From Acidimicrobiia bacterium (lineage in GTDB: Bacteria > Actinomycetota > Acidimicrobiia > Spongiisociales > ZC4RG35), in the NCBI GenBank assembly GCA_041747855.1, contig JBGTEJ010000050.1, positions 30,127-94,126 on the forward strand: a stretch of 64,000 nt of DNA, read 5' to 3'. Shown here piece after piece: positions 8,592 to 16,982 of this stretch. The position numbers were made by a program, and so were the translations under genes. The notes under the pieces are model-generated. The model had not been told where the DNA came from. It saw only the letters and a program-made list of their open reading frames with translations, and searched no databases. Positions within the stretch are counted from its first letter, which is position 1. Every line of letters starts with the position of its first letter.

Positions 8592-9587
8592 GTGGAAGAC
8601 CGGGTAGATCAAGGTGTCGCGACATCGAAGAGCGAACTGGAACCCTTGTTCACCCTGATCTCGGGCGAGGGTGACGGTTTCCTCCTCGGGATGGCTGCCG
8701 GCGATGCCGCCGGGGGAGCTTGGGAGTTGGGCTACTCCGCGGTGACCGAACAGGCCACTGTGATCGCCTACGAGTTGATCCAACATCGGCGCATCGATCC
8801 CGGAAGTCTCCAGGCCGCGCTCATGGAGCTGGACGGGTCCCGCGATGAGGAGCCCGTATATCGGTCCGAGACCGATTCCTTCCGCACCTGGCTCGTGGGG
8901 ATGAAGGCCGGGTCCCCTCAGATCAGCGACCGACCCAACCTCGACGGTGTTGCCCGGGCACCCGTGGTCGGAGTGGCCTTCAGGAAGAATCCTGACCTGC
9001 TGATCTCCGAGACCGTTGCTCTGGGCAGGATGTTCGATCGTGATGCCTCCAGTCTGGTAGCCACACTGATCGCCTCTACCGCGTCCGCCGCATCGTGCTA
9101 TGCCCAAACTGGTCGCGACCTGATAGCCGGTGTCGCTGAGGCGGTACTACCGGTCGTCGAACACCTCGGGCCACATGTCACTGGTGAAGAGCGGTTGGAC
9201 GGTCTTTCCCGGAGGTTCAGTCAGATGATCGCCAACGTCGGGGTAACCGTCGGCGAGGAGGCGTTGGCCGTGGTCGGGGGGCAGGCATCAGACCCGGTTC
9301 AGGCGGTGCAGGCGGCCCTTCTTCTGGCCGCCCCGGCCAGCGAGCGCTTCCATCTTGCCGTGGAGCAGAGCGCCCGGATCGGCGGCAGTTCACTCGGAGC
9401 ATTCGCAGGTGCGGTGATCGGTGCCCGGATCGGGATCAAGGGCTGGCCCTGGGCGTTCGCCAACGACACCTGGTTCGCCGAGATCGGCCGACGATTGGTC
9501 AGGGGGCCCGATCAGACCGAAGACCTCCCCATTCCTTATGCCGTCGAACACCACCTCATGTACGGTCCACGTCCGGGCTTCGCATAG
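8592..9587 (+). CDS. ADP-ribosylglycohydrolase-like protein with degenerate metal-binding motifs
   Basis: It has an ARH-like N-terminal LLGMAAGDAAGGAWE and a C-terminal IGGSSLGAFAGAVIGARIGIKGWP, where GGDTDT is expected. The start is uncertain. I chose GTG 8592 because the 5' part of the track ORF (8157-8591) is antisense to the lipid kinase gene. Confidence 0.55.
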   Translation: MEDRVDQGVATSKSELEPLFTLISGEGDGFLLGMAAGDAAGGAWELGYSAVTEQATVIAYELIQHRRIDPGSLQAALMELDGSRDEEPVYRSETDSFRTWLVGMKAGSPQISDRPNLDGVARAPVVGVAFRKNPDLLISETVALGRMFDRDASSLVATLIASTASAASCYAQTGRDLIAGVAEAVLPVVEHLGPHVTGEERLDGLSRRFSQMIANVGVTVGEEALAVVGGQASDPVQAVQAALLLAAPASERFHLAVEQSARIGGSSLGAFAGAVIGARIGIKGWPWAFANDTWFAEIGRRLVRGPDQTEDLPIPYAVEHHLMYGPRPGFA

Positions 9588-10827
9588 GCTGGACCAGGTC
9601 CTCAGCTGACCAGTCTCGCGGGGTGTCATCCACGCTCCGCAATATCCACAGGCCGACTGCGACGAAGCCGGCGAGTGAGATCATCGCCACGTTCCTTCCC
9701 AGACCCAGCACGTCAACGATTATTGCCCAGGTGAGTGGGCCTGCGATGGTGGCGAACCTTCCCACTGTGGCGTACAGACCGTAGAACTCTCCGAGATGCC
9801 GTGGTGGTGAAATCCTGTACATCACCATCCGGTCCGCCGCCCACGTGGCCCCCAAGGCCGTGCCTCCGAGGATGCCGACGGCCCAGGCAATCGAGGTGAC
9901 CCCGGTCACGTTGGCGACGACGCCGGCGCAGAGTGAAACGATCCAGGCCACGAGCACCACCCTGAGAAGTGGCAGAGGAGGGATGCGTTTGAGGATGAGT
10001 CCGGCTCCGAGACCCCCCACCATGGCCGCCGCAATGGTGATGGCGAGGAGGATGGTCAGCTCGTCATCGGTGAACCCGAGCTCCCTGATGACGAAGATGG
10101 TGAGGAAACCGCCTACCAGGGTGTTTATGGCATCTGTGTAGAAGAACCGCCCGACCAGGAATCTGACCACCCCTCGATGTCTCGAGGCCAGACGCCAGGA
10201 TGCGAGCAAACGGGCGAGGACGTCTCTGAACGGGAGTGGATTCTCCCGCACCTGAGGCGGCTCGGGAACAAAAAAGAAGCAGGGAATAGCGAACAGGAGG
10301 AAGGCGACTGCCATCGTCCGGAAGGTCCCTGCATAACCCCAGCCCAGGATCTCGAATGCGACATAACCGATGGCGAGGCCCACGAAAGAGCCGAGATACC
10401 CGATCCCTATCCCGAGACCCGATATCCATCCGCGGTTCTCAGGGGTGCTCACATTCGGCAACAGAGCGTCGTAGACGACTGACCCGGTGTTGACCGCGAT
10501 GACGGCGAGCCAGAGGAGGGCCACCGTCATGAACACCGGCCCGGTGGCGAGAAACCCGGTTGCCACCACTGCGACCAAGGTGGTAACTATGAGGGTGGGC
10601 ATCCGGACTCCAGAAGCATCGGTCCGCGCCCCGGACCATGGTGCGAGAAACACCACCACGACGGCCGCGGTGACCTGGACCCCGGCCAGCACACTGTCGG
10701 CGAGCTCTAGTTCGTCGAGCCAGCGGGGGAAGTAGTAGCCGATCACCCCCAGGGCGAAGATGGTGTTGGCCAGGTCATAGAGGACCCAGGATGAGACCTG
10801 GATCCGTCGTGGAGTGGAGGACTCCAT
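9556..10827 (-). CDS. MFS transporter (UMF1/Atg22-like)
   Basis: It has about 12 hydrophobic segments and an N-terminal WVLYDLANTIFALGVIGYYFPRW typical of the UMF1 subfamily. Confidence 0.75.
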   Translation of the reverse strand: MESSTPRRIQVSSWVLYDLANTIFALGVIGYYFPRWLDELELADSVLAGVQVTAAVVVVFLAPWSGARTDASGVRMPTLIVTTLVAVVATGFLATGPVFMTVALLWLAVIAVNTGSVVYDALLPNVSTPENRGWISGLGIGIGYLGSFVGLAIGYVAFEILGWGYAGTFRTMAVAFLLFAIPCFFFVPEPPQVRENPLPFRDVLARLLASWRLASRHRGVVRFLVGRFFYTDAINTLVGGFLTIFVIRELGFTDDELTILLAITIAAAMVGGLGAGLILKRIPPLPLLRVVLVAWIVSLCAGVVANVTGVTSIAWAVGILGGTALGATWAADRMVMYRISPPRHLGEFYGLYATVGRFATIAGPLTWAIIVDVLGLGRNVAMISLAGFVAVGLWILRSVDDTPRDWSAEDLVQPMRSPDVDRT

Positions 10828-10835
10828 CGCCTTAC

Positions 10836-11906
10836 TCAGAACGTGACGGCTACCGAGATCAGTTCGTCGCGCCCCAGCATGCCGGCCGCCGCCTGCAGGG
10901 CGCGAGATGCCTCACCAAGTGGGAACTGGTGGGAGACCAGGTCGTCGATCCGGGGGTCGGTCTCGAGCTGGGCGGTGGCCCATTGGTAGCCGACACTCGA
11001 GGCACCCATGGCGCCTTTCAGGGTCAGTTGCTTGGCGACGATCACATCGGATAGAAAGTGGAAGGCGCGGTTCCCCTTGGTCGATGCCAGGATCACCCGG
11101 CCCCCGCTGCGGACAAGATCGAGGGCGGTGAACACCGCTTCCGGGTCGTCCGACGTCACGTCGACCACTACGTCGGGGCGTCGACCAAGACTGTTGGCGA
11201 TCTCCCCGGCGACATCCGCATGCTCCGCATCGATCGCCAAGTCTGCTCCGAGGCTGCGGGCCAACTCGAGCCGGTCGCGGTCGTGCGATAGACCGGTGAT
11301 CCCGACCCAACCAGCCCCTGCTGCCTTGGCCGCGATGAGACACGCCAGGCCACGTGGGCCCGGTCCGAGGATGAGTACACCCTCACCGGGTTGCAGGGCG
11401 GGGAGCTCGACCGCCCAGGTGTGCCCGGACGCGAGGGGGTGGACGAAGGTGGCTACCTCGGCAGGGACATCGTCTGTCACCACATGGAGCCGGGCGTTGG
11501 GATCCAGGTAGAGGAGCTCGGCAAGACCGCCCCAGAGTCCGGGTGGTTCGATGGACGGGATCATCCCGTAGGAGTTGGAGGGACGACGACTGACGCATGT
11601 GGCCAGGTTCGATTTGCATCGGGCACAGACCCCACAGCGGATCCGTGGTTCGACAACCACTCGGGTACCGACAGGGAAAGGCACGTTCGGCCCTTGGACG
11701 GCGACCCGTCCGACCACTTCGTGGCCGGGTACCAGGGGGTAGATCAGGTCTTGCACCTCGCCCTTCCAAACCTGGACGTCGTTACCGGATATCCCGGTGG
11801 CCTCTACTGCCAGCCATCCCCCGTCTTCTATGCCACCGGCGTGGACGACGGTCGGGGAGAACTGTCTCGGCTCGACCAGCATCATGGCCCGGGCGGTTGT
11901 ATCCAT
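10836..11906 (-). CDS. Zinc-dependent medium-chain alcohol/threonine-type dehydrogenase
   Basis: It carries the GHEVVGRV catalytic zinc motif, a structural zinc Cys cluster (CGVCARCKSNLATC) and the Rossmann motif ILGPGPRGL. Confidence 0.85.
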   Translation of the reverse strand: MDTTARAMMLVEPRQFSPTVVHAGGIEDGGWLAVEATGISGNDVQVWKGEVQDLIYPLVPGHEVVGRVAVQGPNVPFPVGTRVVVEPRIRCGVCARCKSNLATCVSRRPSNSYGMIPSIEPPGLWGGLAELLYLDPNARLHVVTDDVPAEVATFVHPLASGHTWAVELPALQPGEGVLILGPGPRGLACLIAAKAAGAGWVGITGLSHDRDRLELARSLGADLAIDAEHADVAGEIANSLGRRPDVVVDVTSDDPEAVFTALDLVRSGGRVILASTKGNRAFHFLSDVIVAKQLTLKGAMGASSVGYQWATAQLETDPRIDDLVSHQFPLGEASRALQAAAGMLGRDELISVAVTF

Positions 11907-11928
11907 TGGTGGCGAGTGTAAACAGGCT

Positions 11929-13110
11929 CTAAATCGACTCTATAAACGAGGCGATGCGAGAGAGGCCCCGATCGATGTCATCCTCGCCGAGTGCGTAGGA
12001 GAAGCGAATGAAACCGGGTGCGCCGAAGGACTCTCCGGCGACAGTGGCCACCGCGGTCTCATCGAGGATTGCGACAGCCAGATCTTCCGAGGTCGCATAA
12101 CGATCGCCCAGAAGTCGGGTCACATCGGGGAAGACATAGAACGCCCCCTCCGGTTCATGGCAGATGACACCCGGGAGAGCAGCCACCCTCGAGTGCATCA
12201 GCCTCCTTCGGCGATCGAACGACTCGCGCATCATGGACACTTGGTCTTGCGGGCCGTTGAGAGCGGCGACGGCGGCCAGCTGGGACACGTTGGAAACGTT
12301 GCCGGTAGCGTGCGACTGGTGTCGGGCCGCGGCGTCGATCACGTCTTCAGGTCCGACCAGCCATCCCACCCGCCATCCGGTCATGGCATAGCTCTTTGCC
12401 ACTCCATTGATCAAGACCAGCTTCTCCAGTCCCTGGCCGGTGTCGGCTATCGAGGGCGCCACCGCTTCTGTGTAGGTCAGCCTTTGGTAGATCTCGTCCG
12501 ATATCACCCAGACCCCGGTCTCCTTGGCCCACCTGGCTATGGATTTCAGCTCCTCCAAGGTGTGAACCGAACCCGTCGGATTGTGGGGTGAGACCAGCAC
12601 CAGGGCCTTGGTGCGGGAGGTCAATGCCTGCTGGAGGTTTTCGACCGATATCTTGAATCCATTCTCGGGACCGGTCGCCACTGGTTTGGGCACACCGCCA
12701 GCCAGGGCGATCGATGCCGGATAAGTGACCCAGTAGGGCTGGGGCACCAAAACCTCGTCTCCGGGGTCGAGTAGAGCCGCGAATACGTTGAAGATCGCCT
12801 GCTTGGCCCCGTTGGTCACCAGGACCTGGCTCGGATCGACTTCGATGCCAGAGTAGGTGCGGGTGTTTGAGGCGATCGCCTCCCTGAGAGGGCCGAGGCC
12901 AGCGTTGGGGGTGTAATGGTGGTTGGTCGGGTCATGCACGGCCCGACTGGCCGCAGCGAGAATGTGCTCAGGCGTAGGAAAGTCAGGTTCGCCGGCGGCG
13001 AACGAGATCACGTGGCGACCCTCCGCCTGCATCTCCCGGGCGCGCTGCGCCACGGCCAGTGTGGCTGACCCTGGCAGACCACGGAGTCGGTCTGAGACGC
13101 GTCCGGACAT
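11929..13110 (-). CDS. Class I PLP-dependent aminotransferase (aspartate aminotransferase-like)
   Basis: It has GEPDFPTP, NPTGSV and the PLP-lysine block SKSYAMTGWRVGW. Confidence 0.85.
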   Translation of the reverse strand: MSGRVSDRLRGLPGSATLAVAQRAREMQAEGRHVISFAAGEPDFPTPEHILAAASRAVHDPTNHHYTPNAGLGPLREAIASNTRTYSGIEVDPSQVLVTNGAKQAIFNVFAALLDPGDEVLVPQPYWVTYPASIALAGGVPKPVATGPENGFKISVENLQQALTSRTKALVLVSPHNPTGSVHTLEELKSIARWAKETGVWVISDEIYQRLTYTEAVAPSIADTGQGLEKLVLINGVAKSYAMTGWRVGWLVGPEDVIDAAARHQSHATGNVSNVSQLAAVAALNGPQDQVSMMRESFDRRRRLMHSRVAALPGVICHEPEGAFYVFPDVTRLLGDRYATSEDLAVAILDETAVATVAGESFGAPGFIRFSYALGEDDIDRGLSRIASFIESI

Positions 13111-13152
13111 CAGGGGGCGCAGATTAGGGTCTGGCCCCGATATCCCCGCGAT

Positions 13153-13566
13153 TCAGGACTGGTGATCTCCGTCCATGGCGTCCTTGGCGGTGTCCGCCAT
13201 GTCGCTAGCGGCATCTCCTGCGGCATCGGCGGCCTCTGATGCGGAATGCCGGGCTTGATCTGCTGCATCTTCTGCCTTGTCAGCTGCGCCCGCCATCGCC
13301 CCTTTGGCCTTCTCGGCCATGTCCCCGGCCATGTCCTTGGTCTTGTCCCATGCTTCGCCGGTTTTCTCTGCCACCTCACCGGCGACATCTTTCGCCTTCC
13401 CGGCCAGGTCTCCGGCAACATCTTTGGACTTCTCGGCGACATCACCGGCCATGTGCTTGGTCTTGTCCCATGCTTCGCCGGCCTTGTCGCCAGCCTTGTC
13501 GACTACTTCCGAGGTCGCCTCCTTGGCGCCACCGAACCAGCCCTTGATCGTGTCGAGCAGTCCCAC
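13153..13566 (-). CDS. Small hydrophilic 11-mer repeat protein (LEA group 3-like / CsbD-like stress protein)
   Basis: This 137-aa protein is rich in A/D/K/E/G and shows 11-residue periodicity (AGDVAEKSKDV AGDLAGKAKDV AGEVAEKTGEA ...). It contains an internal 120-bp duplication (13327-13361 versus 13447-13481, one mismatch). Confidence 0.7.
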   Translation of the reverse strand: MGLLDTIKGWFGGAKEATSEVVDKAGDKAGEAWDKTKHMAGDVAEKSKDVAGDLAGKAKDVAGEVAEKTGEAWDKTKDMAGDMAEKAKGAMAGAADKAEDAADQARHSASEAADAAGDAASDMADTAKDAMDGDHQS

Positions 13567-13609
13567 GTTCGTCTTCCTTTCAGGGGGAGGGGCAACAGTA
13601 CCGCATCGG

Positions 13610-14407
13610 TCAGTAGCGGTGCGCAGCCACCACCCGCCCCGCCATGTCCATAAGGATCACGATGTCACCGTCGTTGTTCCAGACGGGGCTATCTCCGGGC
13701 TCCCAAAGGGGATTGGCGCTGGTGATCGTTATGGACCCACCAGGAGCCAGGGTCGTCCCGGCGGGGAAGCGATAACGATGCAGCGATGACTCATCTCTGA
13801 GTGTCCATCCCCCGATGTCCTCTTGTCGTGGGCCGGGATTGAACAAGACGACCCTCTCCTGATCGAGGTTGACTTCATCGGGGCCCGGCGGGTTGAACTC
13901 CGACCCCTGTGAGTCGATGACAATCGGGGGAATCTCACCTGCTCCGCAGGTATCCCGAGCCCAGAGCCCCAACCCGGCCGATCTCGCACCGGCTTCGGCC
14001 AGCGACATCTCGGTGGTTAGTGGTGTGGTTGCGATGGCATGCCCGGTTGCCACCAGCTCGAGATTGATCTGGACTCCGTCAGACCGGAGTTCGGCGAGAA
14101 CCCGACCGAACTGGTCAGTTCCGTTCGAGATGACCATCACTGACCCCGAGTCGAGCAGCGAGATGAGCTTTTGGGTGGCCTGCTCGAAATAGCACTCTCC
14201 GAGGTCCGGTGCGTTGATCCCGTCGATCCTGATCCTGGTTTCTCTTCCCCGCCACTCAGCCTCGATGGAGTCGCCGTCGACGACTCGGGTCACGGTTGCC
14301 GCCACACCCTCGGCCGGAGGTGTGGTGGTCTCGATGATGGTGTCGGCGGGGAGACAACCGACCAGGGCCAGTATCGCAACGACCCGAAATCCTGTCAGAG
14401 TGTCCAC
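13610..14407 (-). CDS. Secreted lipoprotein: staphylococcal-type thermonuclease fused to a lamin-tail domain
   Basis: It has a lipobox-like LALVGC and SNase blocks (VVDGDSIEA, IRIDGINAPD, FGRVLAEL). A C-terminal LTD-like segment follows (EFNPPGPDEVNLDQERVVLFNPG...IGGWTLRDES..YRFPAGTTLAPGGSITI). Confidence 0.75.
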   Translation of the reverse strand: MDTLTGFRVVAILALVGCLPADTIIETTTPPAEGVAATVTRVVDGDSIEAEWRGRETRIRIDGINAPDLGECYFEQATQKLISLLDSGSVMVISNGTDQFGRVLAELRSDGVQINLELVATGHAIATTPLTTEMSLAEAGARSAGLGLWARDTCGAGEIPPIVIDSQGSEFNPPGPDEVNLDQERVVLFNPGPRQEDIGGWTLRDESSLHRYRFPAGTTLAPGGSITITSANPLWEPGDSPVWNNDGDIVILMDMAGRVVAAHRY

Positions 14408-14431
14408 TCAGCGCCAACTTAGACATAACCT

Positions 14432-15724
14432 GTGTTGATGCGTCGAAGCACCTTTGTTCTGTTGCTCCTGGTGTCTGCCTGTGTCAGCAGCACTGCGCCC
14501 GACTCTTCGACTACTTCTGTCCCCGATGCGGTGACCTCCTCGCTGGCGGGCACGACCACTTCGGTTGGTCCGACATCGTCGACCACTACCACGGTGTCCC
14601 AGACCACCACCACGGTGCTCCAGACCACCACCAGCCAACTGACGACTTCCACGACCGTGGCTCCGACCACTACGACGATGGCCCCGACCACGACCACCAC
14701 GCAACCACCCACAACCACCACCAGTCCGCCGGCAGCGTTCAGCCTCGCCTACCAGCAGGTGGCGAGCATGAGTTTCCCGATCCACATGGTCGCCCGACCG
14801 GGTGCAGCGATCTCCTACATCGCCACCAAAGGTGGCCAGATCCATGTCTACGACGGGAACACGGTGAGCGGCCCGATACTCAACATCTCGGGAAAAGTGA
14901 GTGGCGGAAGCGAACAGGGACTACTCGCCATTGCCCTGCATCCGACCAACACGAGCCGCATCTTCCTGCACTACACCAACCCATCTGGGGACACGGTTGT
15001 CTCTGAGTACACCATGACCGGAGCAACAGCTATCGACTCGGGCAGCGAGAGGATCATCTTCACCCACGACCAACCCGCTTCGAATCACAACGGTGGCATG
15101 ATCCAGTTCGGTCCCGGCGGTCTCTTGTACGTCGGTCTCGGTGATGGAGGAGGTTCGAACGACCAATTCGGGCATGGACAGAATGCGAATACCTTGCTGG
15201 GCGGGTTGGTGTCACTCTCCGTAGACGGCAACCCCAACCCGACCTTGTACAACATGGGTTTGCGCAACCCGTGGAGGTTCTGGATCGACGGTTCCAACCT
15301 CTTCCTCGCCGACGTCGGTCAGAACCGTTTCGAAGAGGTCAACGTGGTCGGCATGGCATCGGGTCGCAACTTCGGCTGGCCGATCATGGAAGGTCAGGCG
15401 TGTCACCAGCCGATGTCGGGCTGTGATCAGACCGGTCTGGTGATTCCCGTCGTCGTCGTCAACCACGGGAACCAGAGCACCTGCTCGATCACCGGTGGTG
15501 TCGTCTACCGGGGGTCGATCCCAGAGATCAACGGTCACTATTTCTACTCCGACTGGTGTGGCGGCTATCTGAGGAGCTTCCGGTGGACCGGATCGGTCTC
15601 CAACTCGACGAACTGGACCTCTCAAGTGGGACGACCCGGAAACGTCTCCTCGTTCGGTCTCGACGGTTCAGGTGAGATGTACGTCCTGACCAACAACGCG
15701 GTCCACAAGGTGGTCCGGGGATAG
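14432..15724 (+). CDS. PQQ-dependent sugar (glucose/sorbosone) dehydrogenase-like beta-propeller lipoprotein
   Basis: A signal peptide with LLLLVSAC is followed by a roughly 65-aa Thr/Ser/Pro-rich linker. SGDH-family blocks follow: GLLAIALHP, HNGGMIQFGPGGLLYVGLGDGG, GLRNPWRF and NFGWPIMEG. Confidence 0.8.
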   Translation: MLMRRSTFVLLLLVSACVSSTAPDSSTTSVPDAVTSSLAGTTTSVGPTSSTTTTVSQTTTTVLQTTTSQLTTSTTVAPTTTTMAPTTTTTQPPTTTTSPPAAFSLAYQQVASMSFPIHMVARPGAAISYIATKGGQIHVYDGNTVSGPILNISGKVSGGSEQGLLAIALHPTNTSRIFLHYTNPSGDTVVSEYTMTGATAIDSGSERIIFTHDQPASNHNGGMIQFGPGGLLYVGLGDGGGSNDQFGHGQNANTLLGGLVSLSVDGNPNPTLYNMGLRNPWRFWIDGSNLFLADVGQNRFEEVNVVGMASGRNFGWPIMEGQACHQPMSGCDQTGLVIPVVVVNHGNQSTCSITGGVVYRGSIPEINGHYFYSDWCGGYLRSFRWTGSVSNSTNWTSQVGRPGNVSSFGLDGSGEMYVLTNNAVHKVVRG

Positions 15725-15727
15725 CTG

Positions 15728-16150
15728 ATGCCGTCGATCTTCACCAGGATCATCGAGGGTGAGATTCCCGGCACCTTCGTCTGGAGGGACGAACGTTGTG
15801 TCGCATTCATGTCGATCAACCCGATCCGACGTGGCCACACCCTGGTGGTCCCCCGGGAGGAGGTCGACCATTGGCTGGACTGCCCGCCCGACCTGATGGG
15901 CCATCTGATGGGAGTTGCTTCACAGATCGGGGAGGCGATCAAGTCCGTCTTCGGGCCAGAGAGAGTGGGTGTCGTGATCGCCGGCCTGGAGGTGCCACAC
16001 CTTCACATACATCTTGTGCCAATCGACGCGATCGACGACCTCGACTTCGCCAAGGCCGCCACCTCGGTCGACCGCGCCGACCTGGAGGACGCCGCCGGCT
16101 CGATCCGTTACGTACTCAGCCGCAAGGGAGCGCTCGGAGCAACCGACTGA
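15728..16150 (+). CDS. HIT family (histidine triad) nucleotide hydrolase
   Basis: It has the IFTRII.GEIP N-terminus and the histidine triad HLHIHLVP. Confidence 0.9.
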   Translation: MPSIFTRIIEGEIPGTFVWRDERCVAFMSINPIRRGHTLVVPREEVDHWLDCPPDLMGHLMGVASQIGEAIKSVFGPERVGVVIAGLEVPHLHIHLVPIDAIDDLDFAKAATSVDRADLEDAAGSIRYVLSRKGALGATD

Positions 16151-16151
16151 C

Positions 16152-16982
16152 ATGGGTGTCATCCTCGGGGGACTCAGTGCGCTGCTTTATGGCGTCGGAG
16201 ACTTCCTAGGGGGCAAGGCGTCGATGAGGGTCCCCTCATCGACAGTCGTTCTCTGGGGTGGTCTGGTCTCCTTCCCCTTGATCACCGTTGCCGCAATCGC
16301 CGTCGGCGGCACCGCCATGGCTTCGGACTGGGTCTTCGGCGCCGTCGCAGGTCTGCTCGGTGCGGCCGGTCTGGTGTTCCTGTTCGCCGGCCTGGCCCGG
16401 GGAAGGGCCGCCGCGGTGGCCCCTTCGGCGGCCGCGGTCATGGCGGTCTTCCCGGTCACGGTGGCCCTGATCCTCGGGGAGCGCCCGTCAGGTCTGGCAT
16501 GGGCAGGTGTGGCGCTGGCAGTCCCGGCGATCATCCTCTGCAGTTGGGCCACCCGTGACGGTGACATCAGATTCGGGGGGCTCCCGTACGGGCTGGCGGC
16601 CGGGGTCGGTTTCGGTGCCTACGTCGTGCTGATCAGCAGGACCGGCGAGGCGTCCAATCTCCTCCCTTTGATCCCGGCCCGCGCCGCGACGATCGTCCTC
16701 ATCCTGGTGCTGGCGTTGGGCAGAGTTTGGGTGATCGCACCCGTTGCCAATGTTCCGTTGGGTCTGATCTTCGCCAACGGGTTGTTCGATGTGACCGGCA
16801 ATGTGACCTTCCTGATCGGCCTCAGGGCCGGTCCGTTGGCCCTGGTATCGGTGGTTGCCGCGATGTCCCCGGCGGTGACGGTGGCCCTCGCTTCGCTGGT
16901 CGACAAGGAGAAGCTCAGATACCGCCAGATGGTTGGGTTGCTGCTCGCTTTGATCTCACTAGGCCTGATAACTCTGGGATGA
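16152..16982 (+). CDS. EamA/DMT-superfamily membrane transporter
   Basis: The ATG at 16152 lies 1 nt after the HIT stop. The protein has about 9-10 hydrophobic helices that are Gly/Ala-rich. The 5' extension in the ORF track (from 16014) overlaps the HIT gene in another frame. Confidence 0.7.
   Translation: MGVILGGLSALLYGVGDFLGGKASMRVPSSTVVLWGGLVSFPLITVAAIAVGGTAMASDWVFGAVAGLLGAAGLVFLFAGLARGRAAAVAPSAAAVMAVFPVTVALILGERPSGLAWAGVALAVPAIILCSWATRDGDIRFGGLPYGLAAGVGFGAYVVLISRTGEASNLLPLIPARAATIVLILVLALGRVWVIAPVANVPLGLIFANGLFDVTGNVTFLIGLRAGPLALVSVVAAMSPAVTVALASLVDKEKLRYRQMVGLLLALISLGLITLG

Noticed and set aside
13239-13789. Several plus-strand ORFs (102-170 aa) run through the LEA-like repeat region.
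   Set aside because: They arise because the repetitive GC-rich sequence lacks stops in several frames. The minus-strand frame gives a coherent 11-mer repeat protein with a sensible start and stop.
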